A DNA stretch of 64,000 nucleotides from a bacterium (GTDB taxonomy: Bacteria; UBA10199; 2-02-FULL-44-16; JAAZCA01). Location of the stretch: NCBI GenBank assembly GCA_963674695.2, contig CAXXGI010000001.1, forward strand, positions 256,001-320,000. Reading direction: 5' to 3'. This document shows positions 1-9,207 of this stretch, one piece after another (positions within the stretch are counted from its first letter, which is position 1; each line of letters begins with the position of its first letter). Below the pieces are notes generated by a model. That model did no database searches, was not told the DNA's origin, and was given only the letters and a program-made list of their open reading frames with translations. Position numbers and translations under genes: made by a program.

Positions 1-3000
1 ACCGAACCCAGCGAAGAGCGCCTCTTTGAAGGGGTCATCGCCGCGATCGACTATCTGGCGGAGCTCGCTGCCGAGAAGGGATATGCGATCGATCCCGCGG
101 ATGCCTTCGCCGCACTCTCACCGGTCTTTCGCCGTCTGCGCGCCGAAGCGCTCGAGCGCGAAGCGGATGAACACGGCCGTCATCCGATCACCGTCTACAT
201 CCCGCCCTTCCTGCGAAACCTTGCGCCGGAGCGCATCCGCACCCAAACCTTTGCCGAGCAGCTCAACCAGGCGCTCAGGGCCTTCGACACCGAGCTGGAC
301 CCGCAGATGCAGCAACTCGTGCAGGCCTATCGCAGCGGCAATATCCACCATCCCCAGTATGCCACGCTCGCGCGCCTGAGCACCGCACTGGCGCTCATGG
401 ATGTCAGCCGCACCGAGCGCGACCAGGAACGCATGACCTACGAATTTCTGGCCGGCTTCATGCGCTGGATCGAGGAACTCCGCCTCACCCATCCCGACAT
501 CACCGACATCGCGGGAAAACCGGTGGGCTTGGCGCAGGACACCCCGACGCGGTTTTCGTTTCGCCTCGAGATCAACCCCACGCAGTGGAGCCGGTCGGGG
601 GACACGAGCTCCATGCGCGCGGTGCTCGCCGATGTGCGCCGCAACTACTACGACCGCTTGATCGAGAAGGTCGACGCCTACCTCGACGCGCTCGCCCGGC
701 TGCCGTTTTCGATCGCGCTGGCAACGCCGCCGCAGCACAACCTCGATGCCGGCATCGACGAAGCGCCGCAGACCATCGCGCTCGAAGATCTGCGTCAGGA
801 GTGGACGGAGCTGGCCGAACGCGAGGCGGAAGCACGCACGATGCTCGACGACGACGAAGCGACGAGCATCGAGCAACAGGAAGCCGTCGAATTCTATGCG
901 GATCTGGCCCAGCGCGCCGAGGAGACGCTGCTCTTCACGTGGGCCCACGGCGAGGCGCACGTCGGCGGCGTGCACATCCCGTATCAGGCGGCCGTGCGTC
1001 TCTCGGAAAAACACTCCGGCCTCAGGGAGCGCACGCGCGTCACGCTCTTTGTCGACGACGTCTTTGCCGCGGTGAGCGAAGGACACCTCGATGCGAAGCA
1101 GGTCGACGACATCCTGAAACTCCGGCTGATCCTCGGCCAAGCGGTCCTCGACGGTTCGATCGAGTCGAGCGCGCGACGCGATCCCGCGCGTGTGCGCGAG
1201 GCGATCGAGGAGCGCTGGCAGGGAAACGCCGAAGAACAGACACGGCTCCTGATGGCCGTCGACGAGATGATCGCCCTGGAGGGCGGGCCGGCCAAGGCAC
1301 GCCTGCAGAGTTCGCTCGCGAACGTCATCCGGACCGGCCGCAGGGTGAGTCGCCACAACGATGGACAGACACAGACGGGATTTCCCGTCGGATGGCAGGA
1401 GGATTTCGATCGGTTCATCGGCGACCTGGGCGCGAACGAATCGACGATCGCCGCAGCACGGGCCGCGCTCGTCGACTACGGCGCTGCCTCGAGGGGACTG
1501 ATCGGTCACTTCTGGGAGCAGACGCTCGAACGAGCGATCGAAACGCATGCACATGCAAACACTACCGATGCATCGCTCGTGCGCGATATCATCGTCGGAT
1601 TTCTCCCGGTGATCGGCGCCGCGAACGGACAGGCCGACACCGACTGGACCGGATACGACGACCCGCCCGAGCTGATCGCACAGCGCTCGCTGCAGGTCTA
1701 TCTCGACCTCGTCGACGATGCGACGCTCTCGCCGACCATCCCCATCGACGCGAGGCTTCTGGGCGATGTCATCGATCGTGCGCTGAATGAGCATCGCGAC
1801 ATCGGCACCCTCCCGCGACGCCGGCTCGTCCTGCGCCGCGTGCGCGACCTGATCGACGGACTCAATCGCAGCCGTCGCGGCATCCACAATGCGCCACACC
1901 CCATCACCCTCCCCGAGGGAAGTCTGGTGCCCGATGCGATCGAACGGATCGCGACAGAGATAGAAGCAAGCAACACCTTTATGCCGCGCATCGACCGTGC
2001 ACGCCTACGCCGCGCGTATGCGTACCTGCAGGGCATCCTGCTCACAGAAACATCCATCACCGATCACTCCATCACGGCCGCACTGCGCACGGAATCCAGG
2101 GGGGTCGTACCGCTCCCGACGGAAATGGCCGCACTGCGCCGACTCGCACAGGAGACGCAGAAACGGATCGCACTGCTGGCGGAGGCCATCGACCATCCGA
2201 CGATGGGGGTCGTTCCGGTCATCCGGGCCGGCCATCGCGCGCGCTACATCACCGATCGCGCGCTCACCACCCTCGCCCACGACTGGATGCGGCAGCGCGC
2301 TGTGCTCTTAAACCCCGCGTCGATCGAAGAGCTCGCTCTGAATGTCGTTCCCGAGGCGTTCGAAGCGCATCCGGTGATCGCCGAGAAGATCTCGCACGAG
2401 GCGGCACAGCTTGTCGGCACCTTCTTTCACACCGTCGAAGAGAGCTTGGGCGCACAGATCAACGCCGCGAGAGAAGCGCTGCAGGAAGCCGCTCAGGACG
2501 AGACGGTCATCGCGGGGGATGCCCAGGGTTTTGCCGACAAAGCCCTTCGCGGAAAAAACCTGCCATCGCTGGCGGTGCTGGCCGCTATGGAACGCACGCA
2601 CACGGCCGTGCGCGCACTCACCCAGAACACCATGGATGCGGTTACACCGACGCTGCGCGAACAGGCCGAAACGCTCTTCACCACGCTCGTCGATCCGCGC
2701 CGGATTGAACGCCATCGCACACTCAAAGCCAACGCGAACGCCTTTGACGAGAAGCTCGATGCCATCAGTGCCACGCATGCGCGCATCATGCTGCAGTCGG
2801 CGATCGCCCTCGAGGGCTCGGCCATTCCGACGATGGACACCGCGGCTGTCGCCAAGGCGGAGAAGGACATCCTCGCGGGAGCGAAGATCCTGACCACATG
2901 GCGCACGGAGCTGGAGACGATGGAGGCGTGGCTGACCGAAGCGCAGGATCTAGCGCTCATCCTCGAGGAACAGCACAATCCCTCCATCGTACGCCGCTCT

Positions 3001-6000
3001 CCGCTCGACCGAGGAGAACAGGCCGAGACCTGGGTGCAAAACGTGCGCGACAAGATTCAGACCGAAGCAGACCGGATGTCGGACATGAAAGAAGAGCTGA
3101 AGAAACGGCGCAACACACTTGTGCAGTTCGCGCGTGCAACAGACATCGCAGCATCGCTGACCGAACACGCCGGGCAGTTGCAGCAGGATCTCATCGCCAC
3201 GAGCCACCCCATCGACGAGGCGACCAAAGCTGCGCTCGCAGAGAACACCGAACTCATGGAGGCAGCGCTCGCGGAGGTCGACGCCATCGAGGGCGATCGC
3301 ATTCCGATGCCGCTCGTCGTCCAGGCCGAGCAGATGCAGCAAGCCCATCGAGGGGTTGCGGATAGGGCCCGCACAGCGCTCAAGGCGACGATCGCGCAGC
3401 TCAACGCCATGCCCGGACGAGCGCGCACCGACGGTCGCGATTCGACGCAGATGATCGCGGATGCCCGCGCCTTTCTCCAGGAGATCGAGACCGACGTCCT
3501 TCCCTTGTCGACAGCGATCGCTGAACTCGAAGGAACGATCGCAGCGATTCAACAGCACGCTCGCGATCTCTCGGCGCAAGAGTCGGCCCTGTCCAGACAG
3601 ACCGCTGCGCTGGCCTCATCGGTCGACAGCGCTCTCGACCGGATGCAGATCCCCGAGCCGGCGGGTCTCGATGCGATTCTCACAGAACCCATCCCGACGC
3701 CGAATTCGTCGCTCCAGTTGATCGAAGCCAACGCCCAACCGAACGTTCGCAAACGAGCCTCGTATCGCTTGCGCGCGATCCTCGACGGAGACGTCCTTCC
3801 GCAACATGAGGGGAGCCTGCTGCTTCTCAAAGAGACCGATACCCGAGGCGTGATCACCGGTTTCTTCGGACACGCGGGACGTTGGGATGGAGAGCGCAGC
3901 AGCGAACCGATCGCGCTCTCGGAACTCGCGAATCGCAACCCCGCACATCCCTTCGCCGCCATGCACACCACCCTCAGCCTCGCTCTCGAGGAAGACGGTG
4001 CCGAACACGCGGTATTGGGATATCTTGCGGCGGAAGGGCTCAAACACCATCCCGATGAGAAAGCCCGCGCGCTCCTGCAGAGCCTCATGGCCACACTCGC
4101 ATCCGAACCCGCAGCGATGAGTTCGAACGAGGCGCGCGCGCGGATCCGGAGTTGGATTACGGACCATGCGGGCAGGATCGCAGAGATGACCGCCCGCTCC
4201 TCCAAGGCGCCGAAGCTCTTCGAACCGGTCGCGCAAGCGGCGGAAGCGGATGCCCCGATCTATGCCGGCACGGGATACGACGCCGCGAAACACGCCGAGC
4301 TTTCCGGGCACACCGTCGACGATATCCTGCACGTGGGGAGGATGAATCACCTGCCGGATACGCCGATCATCCACGCCTCCTTGCGCACCCAGTATCAGGT
4401 CTATGCCGACCCCTCGCTCATGGAGTTGGGATGGCTTACCGCGCAAGCGAACGCGGGAAAGCTCGACACCGATTTTTCCCGTCTGTTCCTCAACCTGCTC
4501 GACGGCATGCACCTCGATCCGCGCTCCACCGAAAGAATGCCCTCTTCGCTCCACGACGTGCAGGCCTTCGCGGTAGACCTCTACCGGCGCATGCAGACGG
4601 ACCTCATCCACTGGCCGGAGATCGCAAACAGGAGTTATCCGAAGTCGACCGAAACGAAGCATGCTGACGAGTATGCGATCCTGTTCGAGCTGCTGCAGAC
4701 AGATCAAACCTTTCGCCACTGGTACACGATGGGGGATATGCTCGCCCTTCTGGGCAAGGCGCATGACGAGGGAATCGTTTCCCTTTCGAAGGAACAACGC
4801 GGCGCACTGAAGGCGACAGCAGACGCCAACGTGGCCTTCATCCAACGCGCCCTCGGCAAGACCGGCAAGAAGCCGCTGTCGGCGGAAAAACGCGCCGCAC
4901 TCCTTGCCGAACTCAACCTCACACCGATGTATGCGCAGGCGCGCCTGATCTTCAGGACCAAGCCAATGCGGGCGTTTCTCAACCGCGAATACGGCATTCG
5001 CCTGAAGGACGCCCCGCTCTTTGCGGAGACAAACCGGGATCTTATCCACGCCTTTCCGGAGACGCAGCTTGTCAGCCCCCTGCGCATGCAGGAGCATCTC
5101 AACGCGCACGCCACCGCACAATTCCTCGGCGAGTTCCTGCCCAAACTCCTGCCGATGTTCACGATCATGGCGCAAATCGATTGGGAAAAGGAGATCCCGG
5201 ACGCACTCTTCGATCGCCAGAACGAGATCTTTGCCGAGATCAATCGAGGCTATCGCTCGATCAACGCCAATCCGGACGCAAAGGAAAGAAACCGGCGCCT
5301 CGACGAGCTGGAGCGGAAAACGGCCGAGGCGCTCATCGCCCTCTGGACCGAGCACCGCGACGCCATTCGTGCCGCCCTGGGGAAAGAGAACGTCATCACC
5401 GGGAATACGCATGCCTACGATCTGACCGGCACCGACACCCCCTGGCGCAACGTTCACAGCTGGGAGGAATACACCGCACTCGAACGGCTGAAACTGGCCG
5501 CGCCGGATCTGATGCGGACGGAGAAGTTCCGCTACTGGGAGGAGGAGATCGAACCAACGATGCTCAAACGCTGGAAGGCTGAGGGGGATGATGGACCCAT
5601 CAACCGTCTGTGCGATACGATCGGGGCGCTCGATCTCGTCGCGCCGGAACGCTCCTTTCCACTGGTCGAGGTCTTCACCTCGCTCCTGATCCACGACCGG
5701 CTGCCGGAAAACGTCGAGGCGTTCCTGCACGAACACTATTGGGTCCATGAGGAGACCGAGAGCGAAAAATGGACACCGGAGAAGGCCTCCCCGGAGGCGC
5801 GCGCCGCGCGCGAGCGTTTCATCGAACTCATCCTCGAACCCAAGACGCTCATTCGCATCCGCGATGAACTGGATCGGCCGCTGGCCGATGGCAGCGTTCT
5901 CAACATGGCGCGCGTCGGACGCCGGTTTCCGGAGCGGCCCGATCTCATCCGACCGCGTGCGCGGCTGCACCACCGCATCACCGAACGCTTTCCACAACTC

Positions 6001-9000
6001 GCAGTCCATCGCTTGCGACGGGACCCGCGCATTCACGAAGAGCTCGCGAAAGTCGTTACCATGCTGGAGACGACTCATGACAGCACCAGCAGGGCGATCG
6101 AACATATTCCGAACCTGATCCGTTGGGGGCAGCAGACCGAGGCCGCCCTCCTCCTGCCCGCGCTCGTCTTTGGGTGGGGGCTCATCTCGCCCGAGCTGAA
6201 AAAAGCGATCGTCCGGTTCGTCGGCAGACAGATCAAGACGCTCCCGGCGCTCGCTGCTCAGGACACGAAGGCCGTGGCCCTGCACGAGGAGCAGATGCGC
6301 CAGTTCGTCGAGATCCTCGATGAACACCGAAGCGATCTCCTCACCGTACTGGCGATTCCCCTCATCCGAATGCCGGGAAAGGCAGCGCTTGTCCCCTCAG
6401 TTGGGGAACTCCCGCCGGAGACGACCGCGTTTGATCTCATCACCGGACTCGATCTGATCCTCCCCCCCGAAAGCAACCGTGCGATCGATACGCTCCCCAT
6501 CCATATCATCGAGGAACGCCTGCGTTTTCTCGGGCGCATCCTGCCGACCGATGAGAAGGGGGCGATGCCGATACGACTTCGGGAACTGATGCAGGACGTA
6601 GCCGAACGCGAGAGCCTCAAGCCCGCGGCGCTCGCTGAACTTGAAATCATCCGGGATGCGTATGTCCGGGATCAGCGAACGCCGACGGGGGCGATCGTTC
6701 GCGCACTCATGATGACCGACCACCAGCAGGGATCGAAGGACGTGTCGCCACTCGAGCGGGCGCTCCTCGACGCCTTCATCCCGGATCAGAACCGCGTCGA
6801 CCAGGAGCACTTCCTGCGCGAGGGCTATCGCCAGATCGTTTCGATGGATCGGATGGGACACATCTCGCTGATCCTGACGCATTCGGCCATAACGAAAAAA
6901 GAGCAACAGCGTCCTACCCCCCCCTTCGCGGAGGCGATCGCGCAGATCGTTCCGGACGAGGGGAACAGCTCCGACTTCACGATCCCGCAGATCGAGGCCA
7001 TGATCGAGGCGACGGGACTCGTTCCAACCGATCCACAGCAATTCAAGCGACTCCTGGCGAAGGCGCGCGCGGACATCCTGGATACGGCGATGGAGATGCA
7101 CCGGATGGAGCAGGGCCAGAAGAGACCGGACCCCCTCCGGGAGGGGCCGATCCGACAGCGGTTCCGCGATAAACTCAACGCACTGTCCGATGGAACCCAG
7201 CGCTGCCTGGTCGCCCTCATGGCGGCGGACCTCGCGCCGGAGAAATGGAATTCCGACCGATTCTATCTCGCCAACATCGTCCTGCGTCCGGCACGATCGA
7301 CACATGACGACATCCAGACCTCTTTCCAATGCCTCATCTCCAGCGCCAAAGCGATCAGGGCGGCCGTGCACAAGCGCCGCGCCGAACGCGAAGAGCAGAT
7401 CCTGCCGAAGGCGTGGAAGAGCGCGGGCAAGCTCTCGCTCGAGCAGATCGATGGCGTCATCGATGCGCTCGGTTTTGTCCCGAAGGGGAAGAATCCCCGG
7501 GGAGAACGCATGGAGCAGATCGCCGGAAAGCTGACCACGCGGGTGCTCGAAGAAAATGAACGCATCAACCCGCGCGATCCGGGGGGACTCAAGGCGATGG
7601 AGGAGCTCGCCGATGTCATGGCACGGCTCCCGGAGACCTTCTTCCGCGTCTATGCCACTTGCGTCGACATCGGCATCGAGAACCCGCTGGGAGGGGATGC
7701 CCTGCGCATCCTCCGGAGAGACCCGGATAGTCTCGGGCACGCCCTCTTCCAGGTCCACCTCTTGGACAATCGCCAAGAGTTTTTCGCGGCCTATTGGAAG
7801 CGGGAGGTCGACCGTATCCGCATCCAATTCGATCATCTGCCCACGCTCGAGATGCTGGGAACGGAAGCGACGGTCGAGCGCATCGGCGCGATCCTTGAGC
7901 GCCTCGACATCTTTCCGACAAACAAGAACTATCGCCAGGATCGCATGGCGATGTGGAGGGAGAGCTTTCGCCACAGCCTTCCGACCGACGATCCGATGAC
8001 GACCGCGCGCATGATCGCCCTCATCAACGCGCTCCCTGAAGAGGCCATTCGCTGCGCCTTTCTGCTGGGCGAAATCAACCCGGACGATCCGATCGAGGCC
8101 ATTTCCGACATGCTCGCACAGATCGCCGAACGCAACGGCGACGGCACGCCGGAGGCGATGGTGCAGCACTTCTATGCCGCAATCGGAGAACATCGCGAGC
8201 AAATCCTCCCCTACGTCGCCACGGAACGCGACCTTCGCGACCTGGGGGAGCGGACGCTTCTGCCATCGCCGTTCCTGGTGACCGAAGGAGAGAACGATGC
8301 GCGCGCGCACCGCTATCTGGACGCGCTCGACATCCTCGCGGTGGATGACCCCGACATGGAGCGGGGCATGGAGGCGATCCGCGCGAAGATCCGCACGATG
8401 AAGGGTCTGCCCGAAGAGAGCCGCGCGCGGTTTGCCGATGAGATCTCGCCACTGGCGCTCAAGATGATCGCCATCTTGAGCGTCGTCTATGAGCCTGATC
8501 ACGAGACGAACGCCTCCGGCCAGTTCGTCCGTCACCTCCATTGGCTCTACGAACGATGCTGGGGAGCAGGTATCCCCACGGACGATCACGACCGAATCGC
8601 CTCCTTTCTCTATGCGTTTTTCTGCCAGCACCGCAAAACGATCCTTCGAGAGCGCGGGCGGATCATTGCCGAAACGACGCCGCCGAAGGCAACCGCAAAA
8701 AAACGCGGCGGCAATGAAGGGGGCAGCGGCGGATCAACGCCGGCCGGCCCCGAGAATGCTGGCCCTGCGCCGACGACATCGGGGGGATCGGAGCACTCAG
8801 CCGCACCGCTCACGAACACACCGCTGGCATTCGATGCGATCGATGGGAGCGGCGATGTGTATATGCATGTAAACGATGCGCTGATCCCCATGGGCGGTGC
8901 CATCATGCCCGAGGCATATGACCTCATGGATGTGAGCGCGGAGTGCTACCTGGATGGAATGATGCCCGAAATGGGAATGATGATGCCCGCGATGACGGCG

Positions 9001-9015
9001 GGGATGATGATGTAA
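1..9015 (+). CDS. Giant hypothetical protein (>3000 aa, 5' end outside window); helical/coiled-coil, paralogue of 13498..24366; Met-rich acidic C-terminal tail
   Basis: Frame 1 is open from base 1 (TEPSEERLFEG...) through the ATG at 307 to TAA at 9013-9015. Shares colinear motifs with 13498..24366 (GFMRWIE, YYxxLxEKxDxYL, LTGTxTP), including in the region upstream of 307. Confidence 0.9.
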   Translation, partial: TEPSEERLFEGVIAAIDYLAELAAEKGYAIDPADAFAALSPVFRRLRAEALEREADEHGRHPITVYIPPFLRNLAPERIRTQTFAEQLNQALRAFDTELDPQMQQLVQAYRSGNIHHPQYATLARLSTALALMDVSRTERDQERMTYEFLAGFMRWIEELRLTHPDITDIAGKPVGLAQDTPTRFSFRLEINPTQWSRSGDTSSMRAVLADVRRNYYDRLIEKVDAYLDALARLPFSIALATPPQHNLDAGIDEAPQTIALEDLRQEWTELAEREAEARTMLDDDEATSIEQQEAVEFYADLAQRAEETLLFTWAHGEAHVGGVHIPYQAAVRLSEKHSGLRERTRVTLFVDDVFAAVSEGHLDAKQVDDILKLRLILGQAVLDGSIESSARRDPARVREAIEERWQGNAEEQTRLLMAVDEMIALEGGPAKARLQSSLANVIRTGRRVSRHNDGQTQTGFPVGWQEDFDRFIGDLGANESTIAAARAALVDYGAASRGLIGHFWEQTLERAIETHAHANTTDASLVRDIIVGFLPVIGAANGQADTDWTGYDDPPELIAQRSLQVYLDLVDDATLSPTIPIDARLLGDVIDRALNEHRDIGTLPRRRLVLRRVRDLIDGLNRSRRGIHNAPHPITLPEGSLVPDAIERIATEIEASNTFMPRIDRARLRRAYAYLQGILLTETSITDHSITAALRTESRGVVPLPTEMAALRRLAQETQKRIALLAEAIDHPTMGVVPVIRAGHRARYITDRALTTLAHDWMRQRAVLLNPASIEELALNVVPEAFEAHPVIAEKISHEAAQLVGTFFHTVEESLGAQINAAREALQEAAQDETVIAGDAQGFADKALRGKNLPSLAVLAAMERTHTAVRALTQNTMDAVTPTLREQAETLFTTLVDPRRIERHRTLKANANAFDEKLDAISATHARIMLQSAIALEGSAIPTMDTAAVAKAEKDILAGAKILTTWRTELETMEAWLTEAQDLALILEEQHNPSIVRRSPLDRGEQAETWVQNVRDKIQTEADRMSDMKEELKKRRNTLVQFARATDIAASLTEHAGQLQQDLIATSHPIDEATKAALAENTELMEAALAEVDAIEGDRIPMPLVVQAEQMQQAHRGVADRARTALKATIAQLNAMPGRARTDGRDSTQMIADARAFLQEIETDVLPLSTAIAELEGTIAAIQQHARDLSAQESALSRQTAALASSVDSALDRMQIPEPAGLDAILTEPIPTPNSSLQLIEANAQPNVRKRASYRLRAILDGDVLPQHEGSLLLLKETDTRGVITGFFGHAGRWDGERSSEPIALSELANRNPAHPFAAMHTTLSLALEEDGAEHAVLGYLAAEGLKHHPDEKARALLQSLMATLASEPAAMSSNEARARIRSWITDHAGRIAEMTARSSKAPKLFEPVAQAAEADAPIYAGTGYDAAKHAELSGHTVDDILHVGRMNHLPDTPIIHASLRTQYQVYADPSLMELGWLTAQANAGKLDTDFSRLFLNLLDGMHLDPRSTERMPSSLHDVQAFAVDLYRRMQTDLIHWPEIANRSYPKSTETKHADEYAILFELLQTDQTFRHWYTMGDMLALLGKAHDEGIVSLSKEQRGALKATADANVAFIQRALGKTGKKPLSAEKRAALLAELNLTPMYAQARLIFRTKPMRAFLNREYGIRLKDAPLFAETNRDLIHAFPETQLVSPLRMQEHLNAHATAQFLGEFLPKLLPMFTIMAQIDWEKEIPDALFDRQNEIFAEINRGYRSINANPDAKERNRRLDELERKTAEALIALWTEHRDAIRAALGKENVITGNTHAYDLTGTDTPWRNVHSWEEYTALERLKLAAPDLMRTEKFRYWEEEIEPTMLKRWKAEGDDGPINRLCDTIGALDLVAPERSFPLVEVFTSLLIHDRLPENVEAFLHEHYWVHEETESEKWTPEKASPEARAARERFIELILEPKTLIRIRDELDRPLADGSVLNMARVGRRFPERPDLIRPRARLHHRITERFPQLAVHRLRRDPRIHEELAKVVTMLETTHDSTSRAIEHIPNLIRWGQQTEAALLLPALVFGWGLISPELKKAIVRFVGRQIKTLPALAAQDTKAVALHEEQMRQFVEILDEHRSDLLTVLAIPLIRMPGKAALVPSVGELPPETTAFDLITGLDLILPPESNRAIDTLPIHIIEERLRFLGRILPTDEKGAMPIRLRELMQDVAERESLKPAALAELEIIRDAYVRDQRTPTGAIVRALMMTDHQQGSKDVSPLERALLDAFIPDQNRVDQEHFLREGYRQIVSMDRMGHISLILTHSAITKKEQQRPTPPFAEAIAQIVPDEGNSSDFTIPQIEAMIEATGLVPTDPQQFKRLLAKARADILDTAMEMHRMEQGQKRPDPLREGPIRQRFRDKLNALSDGTQRCLVALMAADLAPEKWNSDRFYLANIVLRPARSTHDDIQTSFQCLISSAKAIRAAVHKRRAEREEQILPKAWKSAGKLSLEQIDGVIDALGFVPKGKNPRGERMEQIAGKLTTRVLEENERINPRDPGGLKAMEELADVMARLPETFFRVYATCVDIGIENPLGGDALRILRRDPDSLGHALFQVHLLDNRQEFFAAYWKREVDRIRIQFDHLPTLEMLGTEATVERIGAILERLDIFPTNKNYRQDRMAMWRESFRHSLPTDDPMTTARMIALINALPEEAIRCAFLLGEINPDDPIEAISDMLAQIAERNGDGTPEAMVQHFYAAIGEHREQILPYVATERDLRDLGERTLLPSPFLVTEGENDARAHRYLDALDILAVDDPDMERGMEAIRAKIRTMKGLPEESRARFADEISPLALKMIAILSVVYEPDHETNASGQFVRHLHWLYERCWGAGIPTDDHDRIASFLYAFFCQHRKTILRERGRIIAETTPPKATAKKRGGNEGGSGGSTPAGPENAGPAPTTSGGSEHSAAPLTNTPLAFDAIDGSGDVYMHVNDALIPMGGAIMPEAYDLMDVSAECYLDGMMPEMGMMMPAMTAGMMM

Positions 9016-9018
9016 GAA

Positions 9019-9050
9019 TGAAGGGTGAGGGGCGAAGGGTGAAGGGTGAA
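9019..9050. repeat. Heptamer tandem repeat (TGAAGGG)n
   Basis: tgaaggg tgagggg cgaaggg tgaaggg tgaa directly after the stop codon. Confidence 0.7.
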
Positions 9051-9077
9051 AGAGCGGAAATATTGATAGAGCAATGA

Positions 9078-9150
9078 TTGTCATCCCCGTGAAAACGGGG
9101 ATCTCGATGGATCGTGACAATCGAGATTCCCGCCTGCGCGGGAATGACAA
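9078..9150. repeat. REP/RS3-like double-hairpin palindromic element, copy 1
   Basis: TTGTCATCCCCG-N-CGGGGATCTCGA...TCGAGATTCCCGC-N-GCGGGAATGACAA; near-identical copies at 13359 and 59230, variants at 30598 and 49933. Confidence 0.9.
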
Positions 9151-9162
9151 ACTTCGACACAA

Positions 9163-9195
9163 CACGCTTCACGAGTTACGAGTCACGAGTTACGA
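9163..9195. repeat. Heptamer tandem repeat (YACGAGT)n
   Basis: cacgctt cacgagt tacgagt cacgagt tacga; the reverse-complement family occurs at 49886-49930. Confidence 0.7.
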
Positions 9196-9207
9196 AAGGA
9201 TGTTCGT

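Noticed and set aside
118-8631. Long minus-strand ORFs (593, 903 and 744 aa) opposite the first giant gene, and similar ones opposite the other large genes
   Set aside because: Antisense shadow ORFs expected in GC-rich coding DNA; no motifs, while the + strand frame is supported by paralogy.
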